Of a DNA stretch of 64,000 nt, positions 47,604 to 59,894 are shown in pieces. The notes under the pieces are model-generated. The model worked only from the letters and a program-made list of their open reading frames with translations. It was not told where the DNA came from and did not search any database. Source of the DNA: Macrostomum hystrix (lineage: Eukaryota; Animalia; Platyhelminthes). Made by a program: the position numbers and the translations under genes. Within the stretch, counting starts at the first letter, position 1. Each line of letters starts with the position of its first letter. The stretch covers positions 4,154,001 through 4,218,000 of the forward strand of contig CATNEN010000034.1 of NCBI GenBank assembly GCA_950097015.1. The letters are read 5' to 3'.

Positions 47604-47926
47604 ACAGGTTATCCGCACGTGGCTATTAAGAATCATACCACTTATTCCATGGTCCTGAAAGAAATTACATGGCAAAAAAATGTGATAATCGAAAAAGAAA
47701 ACAAAGTACATGCACCTTTAGATGGACGGAATGCATATCACTAATTTCTGATACATTACTTATTATTTCAACTAGTCTTAATCGTTGTCTTTGTCAAGCC
47801 TAAAATTATAATAGTTTTATATATTCAGGAGTTATCACATTTTTAATACTATTTTTATTGAGAATACACAGGCACAAAAATATCACCAATGCTTTGTTCG
47901 ATTTCCTGATCTCGTATTTTGAATGG

Positions 47927-49259
47927 GGATGAGAATCAATGAGAATCGATGAGAATCAATGAGAATCGATGAGGATCTATGGGAATCAATTAATATCTGT
48001 GGGAATCGATGAGGATCTATGGGAATCAATTAATATCTGTGGGAATCGATGAGGATCTATGGGAATCGATGAGGATCTATGGGAATCGATGAGGATCTAT
48101 GGGAATCGATGAGGATCTATGGGAATCGATGAGGATCTATGGGAATCGATGAGGATCTATGGGAATCGATGAGGATCTAAGGGAATCGATGAGGATCTAT
48201 GAGAATCGATGAGGATCTATGGGAATCAATTAATATCTGTGGGAATCGATGAGGATCTATGGGAATCAATTAATATCTGTGGGAATCGATGAGGATCTAT
48301 GGGAATCAATTAATATCTGTGGGAATCGATTAAGATCAATGGGAATCAATGAGGATCTATGGGAATCAATGAGGATCTATGGGAATCAATTAATATCTGT
48401 GGGAATCGATGAGGATCTATGGGAATCGATTAAGATCTATGGGAACCGATGAGGATCTATGGGAATCGATTAAGATCTATTGGAATCGATTAAGATCTAT
48501 TGGAATCGATTAAGATCTATTGGAATCGATTAAGATCAATGGGAATCGATTAAGATCTATTGGAATCGATTAAGATCAATGGGAATCGATTAAGATCTAC
48601 GGGAATCGGTTAAGATCAATTGGAATCGATGAGGATCTATGGGAATCGATTAAGATCCATGGGAATCGATTAAGATCCAAGGGAATCGATGAGGATCTAT
48701 GGGAATCGATGAGGATCTATGGGAATCGATGAGGATCTATGGGAACCGATGAGGATCTATGGGAACCGATGAGGATCTATGGGAACCGATGAGGATCTAT
48801 GGGAACCGATGAGGATCTATGGGAACCGATGAGGATCTATGGGAACCGATGAGGATCTATGGGAACCGATGAGGATCTATGGGAACCGATGAGGATCTAT
48901 GGGAACTGATGAGGAAGAATGGGAATCGATGAGGATCTATGGGAACCGATGAGGATCTATGGGAACCGATGAGGATCTATGGGAACCGATGAGGATCTAT
49001 GGGAACCGATAAGGAAGAATGGGAACCGATGAGGATCTATGGGAACCGATGAGGATCTATGGGAACCGATGAGGATCTATGGGAACCGATGAGGAAGAAT
49101 GGGAACCGATGAGGATCTATGGGAACCGATGAGGATCTATGGGAACCGATGAGGATCTATGGGAACCGATGAGGATCTATGGGAACCGATGAGGATCTAT
49201 GGGAACCGATGAGGATCTATGGGAACCGATGAGGATCTATGGGAACCGATGAGGATCTA
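47927..49259. repeat. 20-bp minisatellite (gggaatcgatgaggatctat)n with variant domains
   Basis: Read directly; aatcgat switches to aaccgat at about 48745. Confidence 0.95.
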
Positions 49260-49859
49260 ATGTTATTTTCGTAAAAATTTTAAGAGACAAGTTTTATTCG
49301 TTCTCTCTGAGTTTAACTTTGGAAGCGATTCCAAGGATTCATATCACTCTAACAAAATCATTTTGTGTTTTGCAAATATCGGCTAGACTAAAAGCATTAT
49401 AGAATTTACAAGGAATAGATTTCTCATCTCATTAAAAGCAGCTAGACAATAGCTTTATCGATCAAAGCCTTCAGCTAAATTGACTGTTTGAATAAATGAA
49501 AACGATCGGTCAAATTGATTTCTGAAAACCAGCTTTCACAAAAAATGTGTCACTTACTGGCATTCATAAATTTTTTGTTTTCATTTTTTTAGCGATCTGC
49601 TGACTGCTATAAAACAGATATTTGATAAAAATGTATAGAGATGTCACTACTGTGCTACTAACTAGTAGGATGCACTAATTTTATCTACGGTTTCTTACAA
49701 TGAAAACTATATTTTTAGCTTTGTTTACTAGCAACCAAGACCCCTCTTTAGGGGAAGAAAATCATGCTTTACAGAAGAATAATTAAAAATATGCATTCTC
49801 GTATCATGCTACCCCTCGATAAAGAATGCTTCCTTCGATATTACAAGTACATTCTAACC

Positions 49860-50575
49860 CTTTCGATAAATAATGTAGCCCCTCGATAATTCATGCTTCC
49901 CCTCGATAATTCATGCTCCCCCTGGATAATTCATGCTCCCCCTGGATAATTCATGCTCCCCCTGGATAATTCATGCTCCCCCTGGATAATCCATGCTCCC
50001 CCCTGGATAATTCATGCTCCCCCCTGGATAATTCATGCTCCCCCCTGGATAATTCATGCTCCCCCTGGATAATTCATGCTCCCCCTGGATAATTCATGCT
50101 CCCCCTGGATAATTCATGCTCCCCCTGGATAATCCATGCTCCCCCTGGATAATTCATGCTCCCCCTGGATAATTCATGCTCCCCCCTGGATAATTCATGC
50201 TCCCCCCTGGATAATTCATGCTCCCCCCTGGATAATTCATGCTCCCCCTGGATAATTCATGCTCCCCCTGGATAATTCATGCTCCCCCTGGATAATTCAT
50301 GCTCCCCCTGGATAATTCATGCTCCCCCCTGGATAATTCATGCTCCCCCTCGATAATTCATGCTCCCCCCTGGATAATTCATGCTCCCCCCTGGATAATT
50401 CATGCTCCCCCCTGGATAATTCATGCTCCCCCTCGATAATTCATGCTCCCCCCTGGATAATTCATGCTCCCCCCTGGATAATTCATGCTCCCCCTGGATA
50501 ATTCATGCTCCCCCTGGATAATTCATGCTCCCCCCTGGATAATTCATGCTCCCCCTGGATAATTCATACTCTCCC
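49860..50575. repeat. 20/21-bp minisatellite (gataattcatgctccccctg)n
   Basis: Read directly; C-run length varies. Confidence 0.93.
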
Positions 50576-50826
50576 CTGAATCTCACATATCCTGAATCTC
50601 ACATATCCTGAATCTCACCCTATCCTGAATCTCACCCTATCCTGAATCTCACCCAATCCTGAATCTCACCCTATCCTGAATCTCATCCAATCCTGAATCT
50701 CACCCTATCCTGAATCTCACCCAATCCTGAATCTTACCCTATCCTGAATCTCACCCTATCCTGAATCTCACCCAATCCTGAATCTTACCCTATCCTGAAT
50801 CTCACCCTATCCTGAATCTCACCCCT
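50576..50826. repeat. 17-bp minisatellite (atcctgaatctcaccct)n
   Basis: Read directly; abuts the previous array. Confidence 0.92.
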
Positions 50827-50975
50827 TCTAAAATATATAATGTAACTTTAGTTGTTCTTGAGTCTCCTTGAGACAAGAACAGGATATTCCAGTCCTTCAT
50901 CAGAGCGCTTAAATAGGTCATGTGTCTCTTCCCACGAGACTCTCCGAACCAGCAGAATATTTAACAGCAGCGTTA

Positions 50976-52678
50976 TCAGTTATTTCTGCACCAGGTGTCA
51001 ATCTCAGCCACTTGGTCATTTGTGAGCTGACCTCTAGCCAGAGCGAAGCACTGCAGCCAGCCCTTTGAGATAGATAGAGCAGCTTTGCCTGCCCCCAGTC
51101 GCAAGCAGTCGTACTGCTCAGCCGAGTTCAGACGGTCCGCAGCAGAGTTTTCAGGTACAACTGCAGGGCGTGCCTTGTACAGTCCGTTGTAATACAGAGT
51201 GGTGGAATCGTTGCTGCCAGAGCTGTAGCCATAGGAAGCGAATTCGCTAGTGTTGAGAAATGCTCTCATATTAGTACCAAACCGATTGTACTGTACAGAC
51301 TGTGTCGAAAGTTGAAATCGCACTAATGAGCCCTGAAAGGACAGGCTAAGCCGATCGCTCACGCGGCCATTATCGTTGCACTCGAAGAAGGATAGAAGGA
51401 TCATGGAATTTACTGTGTCTCTGAAATTGAATGGCAAAAAGGCGAATTCCTTGATTTGTAATGAACCTAATGAACTACAAGTGTTAATTCGATTAGAAAT
51501 CAGCTCATCTTCCTAAACAGATATTGGGCAGCAGTGACTCGGCTAATCTCGGTATTGCTGTGCCTTTTGCTTGACTGTATGTTTTACCGGCACCCTTTTG
51601 TTTGGGAATATACGTAACATACGGCTGACAGTCTTGTACGGCGCCGTCTCTGTGTCGCTCATCTTTCAAGCCCCGATGAAGCCATACCCAAGCATGATTG
51701 AGTTAGCTAAAGCTAAACGACAGTTTATTGCATCACACCATACTTAATGGCCAAGCCGAGTCAGTAGGCAGATGTCACTTACTCATTGTTCTGCTGAAAG
51801 AGTCCCCTCACGTAGACGGTGACATTTGAGACTGGGATGAACATCTCGTGCGTGTCGGGTGCAGTGGTCACAGTCAGCCAAGATCTTGGCTCACCAGTCA
51901 AGTAGATCCCCATGGACTTGTTGTAAAGCACTGCGCTGGGCACAGGTGCCATCGGGTGGCTGCCGACAGCTACTGTCGCCAGGTTGAACAGGCCGATACG
52001 GAAGTTGAGCAGCAGCTTCAGGGACTGCTGAACTGCAGTGCTCAGACTGCTAGTGTGCTCTGCAATGAGAAATTATCTCAAAGAGTAAAGTTGCTTATGC
52101 AGTGCGTGACTTGTCAGGTAGGCACACTCACACACACCAGTGCACCTGCAATTCTAGCCGTAACTCACGGTACTGCTCAAAACTCACGATGCTGGAAGGC
52201 GCTCACAGCCTTCGTGTCGACGTATGTGCCGCAGCCGTCGCCGGTGTCGGGCAGCCAGAGGCTCAGGAAGGCCTGCGCAGTGGCCCGCACGCACTGTCCC
52301 GAGCGGAGCAGCGACACGGCTGCGCACCACGGCGTCCTCCGGCAGTGCAGGACGCAGCTCAGCGTCTGGCAGCCGGCCGACACGGCCGCCGGTTGTGCGG
52401 TCGAGCAGACGACCACTCGCGACACGCTCTCGCTTGACTCGACGTCGATGCCAGTCGACTGGGCCTCCGTCAGTGTGGGACAGGCGCTGAACTTGTTGAA
52501 GTTGGCGATTTTGAGAGCGGACGCTGAGACCACGATGACCAGAGAGATGGTGAGGTAGGTGAGGCACTGAAGCACACGAGAATATGTTATTAAAGGTGTA
52601 AGCAGTAATTGTTTACTTTTTTTAAAGAAAATCCTTATTCGTAGCACGCAGAAATTTCCTCACCTGATCTAGCAGCAT
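50976..52678 (-). CDS. Uncharacterised secreted protein (~371 aa): signal peptide, PAN/apple-like Cys cluster, ConA/LamG-like C-terminal region; exons 52678-52664, 52566-52188, 52059-51783, 51420-50976
   Basis: Phase-consistent junctions (0,1,2) with gtgagg/gtgagt/gtaagt donors. N-terminus MLLDQCLTYLTISLVIVVSASA; CVLHCRRTPWCAAVSLLRSGQC; C-terminal TLYYNG...LRLG...GWLQCFALARGQLTNDQV. Domain names are pattern-based inference. Confidence 0.72.
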
Positions 52679-52789
52679 TTGTGATCTATTTGTTAGTTAT
52701 TCTCTTACTGTTTGCAAGTTTCCTACTTTCTTGAGCTGTTTTATGTTGCCAAGCCGTGGCCACGGTGGAGTTGGTTTTATGGACTTGTG

Positions 52790-53200
52790 CCGGGTAGAGA
52801 GTTGACGGCTGCTCAGCTGCCAAAGAGTTCCCTCAGAAAACAGGTGAGAACAATTTTAGTTGGCAAATTTTGAGTACAGCTGCGGAGCCATGGAAACATG
52901 GAACCAAGCAACTCAAGCATGCTATAAAAATTCTTAAAAAGCTCCTTAATCATATAAGCAAAACAGCTGATTGAGCTTATTTCTATGAGAAGTTGGTATG
53001 CAGCTGCTTCTAGCTGGATGGAAGGAATTCATTGTTGAGGAACAGCAGGCACGGCCCGGGCTTGTGTTTAAAGAAGACTTCAATACAAAAACTTGAATAG
53101 GAGCTAATAGTGCCTATAGTATGAGTAACAGGGGTATCATTTTGGAGCAGATCTGTTGAAACTCTGCTCCTGCATTTGTTGCCCTAGCCTCTTAGAGTAA
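52790..53200 (+). pseudogene. Possible highly decayed BEL/Pao integrase remnant
   Basis: Broken-frame peptides SWQILSTAAEPWKHG and FWSR loosely echo the BEL/Pao W.F.P..APW.GG and FW.RW motifs; weak. Confidence 0.25.
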
Positions 53201-53337
53201 GGAGTAACTGTGGCAATTGTGCTAATTAAAGCATGGAATTCCCTGGAGGGAATCCCTGGCCGTCCCTGGACATTCAAACCAAAACCAAGGAAATCTTTGT
53301 TGCTGGTAAGAAAAAATTATGACACCACGAGAGCTTG

Positions 53338-53742
53338 AAAGACACCACAGAAGCCATAGAACCCACAAACAATTACAGAAGCCACAGAACCCACAGACAC
53401 CACAGAAGCCTCAGAACCCACAGACACCACAGAAGCCACAGAACCCACAGACACCACAGAAGCCTCAGACACCACAGAAGCCACAGAACCCACAGACACC
53501 ACAGAAGCCACAGAACCCACAGACACCACAGAAGCCTCAGAACCCACAGACACCACAGAAGCCACAGAACCCACAGACACCACAGAAGCCTCAGAACCCA
53601 CAGACACCACAGAAGCCTCAGAACCCACAGACACCACAGAAGCCACAGACACCACAGAAGCCACAGACACCACAGAAGCCATAGAACCCACAGACACCAC
53701 AGAAGCCACAGAACCCACAGACACCACAGAAGCCACAGAACC
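53338..53742. repeat. 27-bp minisatellite (cacagacaccacagaagccacagaacc)n with 18-bp variants
   Basis: Read directly. Confidence 0.93.
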
Positions 53743-54026
53743 CCGGCTGATACGAGTATTTTCCGCTCGATCGATCAAACTACTCTAGAATTACACAACT
53801 TCGGCATTGTCGAAATATTCAACCATTCTCGTCGTGGCGATAAGTGGCAAGAACCATCAGTATAGGCATTATTTTTCTACTCACACAATTTTGTTGTGTA
53901 TTGTTAATTCTTTTGGATTGATTATATTGAATCAATATGGAAGCACCATGAGGTTTATTCAGAACAGTGTTAGTTGACCTTGTCACCAGTGTCTTCGATA
54001 CGAATCGCTGAATATGATAATCTCAT

Positions 54027-54504
54027 CACCCAGAGGCTGAGTGGTGGCACATGTGCAATGTGAGTCACACCCAGAGGCTGAGTGGTGGCACATGTGCAAT
54101 GTGAGTCACACCCAGAGGCTGAATAATGGCACATGTGCAATGTGAGTCACACCCAGAGGCTGAGTGGTGGTACATGTGCAATGTGAGTCACACCCAGAGG
54201 CTGAGTGGTGGTACATGTGCAATGTGAGTCACACCCAGAGGCTGAGTGGTGGTACATGTGCAATGTGAGTCACACCCAGAGGCTGAGTGGTGGCACATGT
54301 GCAATGTGAGTCACACCCAGAGGCTGAGTGGTGGCACATGTGCAATGTGAGTCACACCCAGAGGCTGAGTGGTGGCACATGTGCAATGTGAGTCACACCC
54401 AGAGGCTGAGTGGTGGCACATGTGCAATGTGAGTCACACCCAGAGGCTGAGTGGTGGCACATGTGCAATGTGAGTCACACCCAGAGGCTGAATGGTGGTA
54501 CATG
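54027..54504. repeat. 41-bp satellite (cacccagaggctgagtggtggcacatgtgcaatgtgagtca)n, left part
   Basis: Read directly; interrupted by LTR element A. Confidence 0.96.
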
Positions 54505-54736
54505 TGTAACACGCGGTATTTGGTGGTGTGAAACCAGATTCTACGAAGGCCCCGTGAGGCCGTGCTTGTTGTATTTATGTCAGTTGCGATTACGTAATCA
54601 GCGATGTACAGTAAATGAACGATGTTAAACGAACGAACAGTAAATACGATAGAATGATTCAGCAAATTATTAGAAATATTCCTACAATGTTACCATTCAA
54701 AAACTGTCTCAAAGGCCAGGAATAAAAACCATTACA
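54505..54736 (-). repeat. 3' LTR of element A
   Basis: Direct repeat of 63423-63654; PPT gcgggggagaaa adjacent on the minus strand (54737-54748). Confidence 0.95.
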
Positions 54737-55949
54737 TTTCTCCCCCGCGAAACAATAGACAATCTGAATCGCAAAATTGAAAACGCAGAACCAGTTAAAA
54801 AAACGCATTCACAGTCTCTGAACAGTCTCTGAACAGTCCATCGCTCTCCGCTCATTCACCGCTCACACTGAAGAAGTCCGGAGGTCGCCTCTCCCGCTCC
54901 GGGTACCGCCGCTCGGCCTGGCGGGTCTTATACGCGACCTCGTGGGACACCGGCTGCTGACGGAACTGCTCGGTGTCAGGCTGGGCTACAAACCGCCTTC
55001 GCAGCCGGTTCACGTGCACCCAGCGGACCGGTCGGTTGCCGAAGGCGCGGCGGATGCACACCGAGTGGCCGCGCTGCTCGAGCACCGTCCAGCCAGGCTC
55101 CCAGTAGGGCGCGAGCTTCGAGCGCCGCATCTCGATGCTGAGCAGCACCTCGGCGCTTTGCGGGAACTGCGGCAGGTCCGCCGCTTTCTTGTCGTGAGCC
55201 GCCTTCTGCTGCTGCCCGGCGGCCACCAGATTCTCCTCGACGAACTCGCGGATCCGGGCCAGTCGCTGCTCCAGCAGCGCTGAGTAGGTGCTGATGTCGA
55301 ACTGCCGCTCGCTGCTCTGCACCTTCGGCGGGAGTTGCGGGTCGCGGCCGGTCATCACCGTCAGCGGTGCCACCTTGGTTGAGCTGTGGACCCTGGAGTT
55401 GTAGGACAGGACCACTAGCGGCAGCTGCTCCTCCCAGCTGGACTCGGTCTCGGCGAACAGCCTCAGCAGCTGCAGCAGCGACTTGTTGCCGCGCTCCACT
55501 AGTCCGTTTCCCTGCGGATGATACGGCGTGGTGCGCGTTTTCCTGATGCCCAGCGCTTGCAGCGTCTCCTGGAACAGCTCGCTCTCGAAGTTCGCGCCTT
55601 GGTCCGAGTGGATGACGGACTCCAAACAGGGAGAAGACCTTCACTGCAGCATCCACGATGGTTTTGGCGGTCTGATCTGGCATCGGCACGGCGGTCAGTG
55701 TTGTGATTGACAATGCTTGCGCATATGCTTGAAAACTGACAATGAACTATTGACCATATTGAATGCGTGCGTGGGCGCATACGGCACTCAGGCTAGAGTG
55801 AGTAGGATTGCGTATTGAGTTGTCAACGTGCATTATTAAGCAACGTGCAAGTAGGAGATGAACTCTATAAGTATAATGTGAGCGAGACTTGTGTCTCTGA
55901 GCGTGAAACTTCAATCAACAAAACTCTTGTGTCAATTAGAACACAACAA

Positions 55950-58900
55950 ATGGCGACGAGATTTCCATACCCAGCGGAGTTTCAACCCGTACCAGGAGAG
56001 CCTCCTGTGCCATGGGCAAGGTGGATTTCGACATTCAACAACTTCCTGGTAGCCGAAGATCTCGGAGAGGCATCAGACGGTCGTAAAAAGGCGATTCTTC
56101 TGCACCTGCTTGGTGAGGAGGGACGCCGCCGAGCTGCCAACGTCGATGCAACAAAGTCACTTCAGGAGACCCAAGAGCTACTGAAGGACATCTTCAGCTC
56201 GCCGAGAAGCGTCATAGCAGAGCGCTTCGCCTTTCGGCAGCGAGCCCAGCACGATGGCGAGAGCATCAGCGACTACGTGATGGCCCTAAGAGAACTGGCA
56301 GCAACCTGCAACTTCGGCACGTTCCACGATGAAATGATCAGAGATCAGCTCGTGGAAAAAACCTGTGTACCTCGCATCAGGGAGCGACTTCTGATGGAGG
56401 AGGACAGCCTTACGCTGGCAGACGCCATGAAGATTGCTGGAAGAATCGAAGCAGCAATCAAGGATGCCAAGCAGGTCAGCAGCCAAGAGCTTCAGGTGAA
56501 AGCGGTGAACAAGAGACCAACTGCTCGTCCCATCAAGAGAATTGCAACGCCGAGTTCGAAGTGCACCCGATGCGGAGGCAATCACGAGAACAAGAGCGAA
56601 TGCAAGGCGATGGGGCAAAAGTGCAGACGATGCGGCAAGACGAACCATTTCGCGAAAATGTGCCGCATGAAAACGGTCTCTGCGATCGACACCAAAGAGA
56701 CCGTAGAGTCCAGCCTGACAGTCCTGGCCGTGAACAACAGGAGCATCGACAACTTATTCTGTGACTGCCACTTGGACGGGCAGACGATCCGACTACAGAT
56801 CGACTGTGGTGCTGCCGTCTCGTTGCTGAACGCGGAGACGTTCAAGAAGTCCTTCGCTAGGCACCCGCTGATTCCGACGAGCACAAGACTGGAGGCATAC
56901 GGCGGATTTGCGATCAAGACCATCGGCAAAGTCGAACTTCCAGTGACGTTCAACGACATCAGAACAGAAGCCACATTCTACGTCGCCGACAAAGGAGCGA
57001 ACATCCTGGGCCGCGACCTGTTTCAGGCCCTCGGATTCAGAATCTTCCAAGGCGACAACAGTGTGATGAGTATCAGCGAGACTACGATCGAGCGCGACTT
57101 TCCCGGAATCTTCGATGGCCTGGGCCGGTCCAAGAGCTTCATTCATCGGACAAAGATCGACGCCTCGGTCAAGCCAGTGTCTCAGCCAATGCGGAAGCTG
57201 CCGATTGGCCTGAAGGACGAAGTGACGTCAGAGATCAGCCAGATGGAGCAGCAAGGTATCATTGAGAAGGTCGACGCGTCCGAGTGGGTCAGCAACGTGG
57301 TCGTGACGCGCAAGAAGGAGTCCAACAAGGTTCGCCTCTGCGTGGATCTGCGGCAGGTCAACAAGGCGGTGATCGCAGACCGCTATCCGGTACCGTCAAT
57401 CGAGGACCTATCAGCCAGTATCAACGGGTCGAAGTGCTTCAGCAAGCTGGATCTGCGTCAGGGCTACCAGCAGATTCCGCTGCATCCAGACTCTCGAGGA
57501 CTGACGTGCTTCATCACTGATGCCGGCCTGTACCAGTTTACCGTGGTGCCATTCGGGCTATCCAGCTCCGGAGCTGCCTTCCAGCGAGCCCTGCAGACGG
57601 TGCTTCGAGGAGCTCCAGGCGCCATCAACATTGTGGACGACATCCTGGTGCACGGCAAGGACGAGACTGAGCACGACAAGAACCTCCGAGAAGTCCTAGG
57701 GCGGATCCATCGCGAAGGCTTCACACTCAATCGAGATAAGTGCAAATTCCGGCAGGCGAGCGTGGATTTTTTCGGATTGGTCATCTCTTCAGACGGCATC
57801 AAACCGACCAAGTCCAACGTCGACGCAATTCTAAGAATTCCTGAGCCAACAACGGTCGCGCAAATTCAATCGTTCCTCGGCGCAGTGAACTTTTTGCACA
57901 AGTTCATACCGCATTACTCAGCGATCGCAGAGCCTCTGAGACAACTACTCAAAAAGGACGCGGACTGGCACTGGGGTGAGCGAGAACGTACAGCCTTCCA
58001 CAAACTCAAGTCAGCCGTAACCAGCAGCCCAGTGCTAGCTCATTTTGACTGCCAAGCTGAGACGTATGTCACCTGTGAGACGCAAGACGCAAGACGCAGA
58101 AACTACGCAGACGGACTGGGGGCGGTACTCAGCCAAGTACAAAATGGAAAAGAGGTGCCAATCGCGTTCGCATCGAGAGCACTCAGCCCAGCGGAAAAGC
58201 GATACTCAGCCGGAGAGCGAGAAGCCCTGGCCTGTGTATGGAGCATCGAACGCTGGCACTACTATCTATACGGCAGACGAGTAACGCTGCGTACCGACCA
58301 CAAGGCCCTGACGACTCTGCTCGACTCGAAAGGCATGGGGCACAGGCCTCTGCGCATTCATCGATGGGTCGAGAGACTTCGCGGCTACGATGTCCGGTTC
58401 GAGCACATCCCTGGCGCTGAAAACAAGTGCGCGGACATGTTGTCCAGATGGGCCACGACGGAGCGCGTTCCAGCCGAGGAGACCGACGAGGAGGGCTACG
58501 TCTACGCAGTCGTCAATTCGAAGGCATTGCTGACGGCAGACGCACTGGCAACGGCGACCAAGGAGGACGAAGTGCTGCAGGCGGTTCTGCGGTACATCTC
58601 GGGCGGCTGGCCAACGAAGGTGGACAGCTCTCTGAAGCCGTACTTCAACGTCCGGGACGAGCTGTTCTGCTGGAACAACGGTCAGTGCCTCGGTCGTGGT
58701 GAACGCGCGATCATCCCGACGAGCCTACGACTTCAAGTCATCGAGGAGGCCCACGAAGGGCATCCAGGCGTCGTTCGGTCAAAGCAGCGGTGCCGCGACA
58801 CGGTCTGGTTTCCCGGAATCGACCGGCAGGTGGAGGACTACGTCAAGAACTGCACGGCCTGCACTCTGGCGGAGAAAACCGGCAAGCCTCAACAGACGAT

Positions 58901-59894
58901 CATGACACCAGTCGAGTGGCCGGCAGGTCCATGGGGCAAGATCGAAATTGACATCTTCGGCGAGATCGCTGCGGCTCCACGGCATCAGCGGTTCCTACTG
59001 GTGACCCACGACCTATACAGCAAGTGGCCGGAGATCGCAGCCATGGAAACCGTCACTTCTGCCAACATCATCAAGACGCTCCGGAAGTTATTCGGCCGGT
59101 GGGGAGTACCGAAGATGCTGATCAGCGACAACGGACCCCAGTTCGTCAGCGACGAGTTCGAAGAGTTCCTGCGAGCCGAGGGCATCAAGCACAGCCGAGC
59201 GAGCCGGTACTACCCGCAAGGCAACGGCGGAGTCGAGCGATTAAACCGCAGTCTGAAGGAAGGCCTGGCAGCGAACCTGAGGGCGGGAGCGAAGTTTGAG
59301 GACGCCATCGACCTGGTGCTCAAGACCTACAGGACCAGCCAGCACGCTCTTACCGGGCTGACTCCAGCCGAGCTGATGATCGGGCGCAAGCTGCGGTCCG
59401 GACTGCGACTGCTCAGACCGACTCAAGAACAACTGCCGAGCGACGACGACCTGCGCGACAGCATCGCACAGAGGCAAGCCAAGAACGCCGACTACACCAA
59501 CAAGCGAAGGCGAGCCCGAGACTCAGCATTCGAGGCCGGAGACTGGGTCTGGCGGCAGGTGCCGCACCGGGCGCACAAGCTGGCAACCCGACTAAAGGAG
59601 CCGCTCAAGATCGCCTCCCGAGCAGGGCGCAACACCTTCGTGCTGTCCGACGGTACAAAGTGGCACGCGAGTCGCTTGGTCAAGTGCAATGACTCGTCGG
59701 CATGCAGCGACGCAGCTGACCGAGCGGACGAGCGGTTCGAGACGCCCCTGCTGCCTGAGCCGGGGGCCAGGGCGGCGACGGCGCCGCCACCACCGCCCGG
59801 CGACCTGACACCCGAGGCGGCGCCCCGAAGGTCGACTCGAATTCGACGGCAACCGGCGCGTTACCCTCTTCCAGAAGGAGGGAGAATGTTGTGA
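55950..59894 (+). CDS. Single gag-pol polyprotein of element B (1314 aa)
   Basis: ATG at 55950. Gag with two Cys/His knuckles (CTRCGGNH..C, CRRCGKTNHFAKMC), protease IDCGA, RT IVDD, RNase H, integrase HEGHPG..CTAC, D/D(SDNG)/E. The tracked ORF start at 55815 lies in the LTR. Confidence 0.93.
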   Translation: MATRFPYPAEFQPVPGEPPVPWARWISTFNNFLVAEDLGEASDGRKKAILLHLLGEEGRRRAANVDATKSLQETQELLKDIFSSPRSVIAERFAFRQRAQHDGESISDYVMALRELAATCNFGTFHDEMIRDQLVEKTCVPRIRERLLMEEDSLTLADAMKIAGRIEAAIKDAKQVSSQELQVKAVNKRPTARPIKRIATPSSKCTRCGGNHENKSECKAMGQKCRRCGKTNHFAKMCRMKTVSAIDTKETVESSLTVLAVNNRSIDNLFCDCHLDGQTIRLQIDCGAAVSLLNAETFKKSFARHPLIPTSTRLEAYGGFAIKTIGKVELPVTFNDIRTEATFYVADKGANILGRDLFQALGFRIFQGDNSVMSISETTIERDFPGIFDGLGRSKSFIHRTKIDASVKPVSQPMRKLPIGLKDEVTSEISQMEQQGIIEKVDASEWVSNVVVTRKKESNKVRLCVDLRQVNKAVIADRYPVPSIEDLSASINGSKCFSKLDLRQGYQQIPLHPDSRGLTCFITDAGLYQFTVVPFGLSSSGAAFQRALQTVLRGAPGAINIVDDILVHGKDETEHDKNLREVLGRIHREGFTLNRDKCKFRQASVDFFGLVISSDGIKPTKSNVDAILRIPEPTTVAQIQSFLGAVNFLHKFIPHYSAIAEPLRQLLKKDADWHWGERERTAFHKLKSAVTSSPVLAHFDCQAETYVTCETQDARRRNYADGLGAVLSQVQNGKEVPIAFASRALSPAEKRYSAGEREALACVWSIERWHYYLYGRRVTLRTDHKALTTLLDSKGMGHRPLRIHRWVERLRGYDVRFEHIPGAENKCADMLSRWATTERVPAEETDEEGYVYAVVNSKALLTADALATATKEDEVLQAVLRYISGGWPTKVDSSLKPYFNVRDELFCWNNGQCLGRGERAIIPTSLRLQVIEEAHEGHPGVVRSKQRCRDTVWFPGIDRQVEDYVKNCTACTLAEKTGKPQQTIMTPVEWPAGPWGKIEIDIFGEIAAAPRHQRFLLVTHDLYSKWPEIAAMETVTSANIIKTLRKLFGRWGVPKMLISDNGPQFVSDEFEEFLRAEGIKHSRASRYYPQGNGGVERLNRSLKEGLAANLRAGAKFEDAIDLVLKTYRTSQHALTGLTPAELMIGRKLRSGLRLLRPTQEQLPSDDDLRDSIAQRQAKNADYTNKRRRARDSAFEAGDWVWRQVPHRAHKLATRLKEPLKIASRAGRNTFVLSDGTKWHASRLVKCNDSSACSDAADRADERFETPLLPEPGARAATAPPPPPGDLTPEAAPRRSTRIRRQPARYPLPEGGRML
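55951..55960 (+). other. Primer-binding site of element B (TGGCGACGAG), tRNA-Ser(GCT)-type
   Basis: 2 nt after the 5' LTR; complementary to the CTCGTCGCCA 3' end of animal tRNA-Ser(GCT), from recall. Confidence 0.7.
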
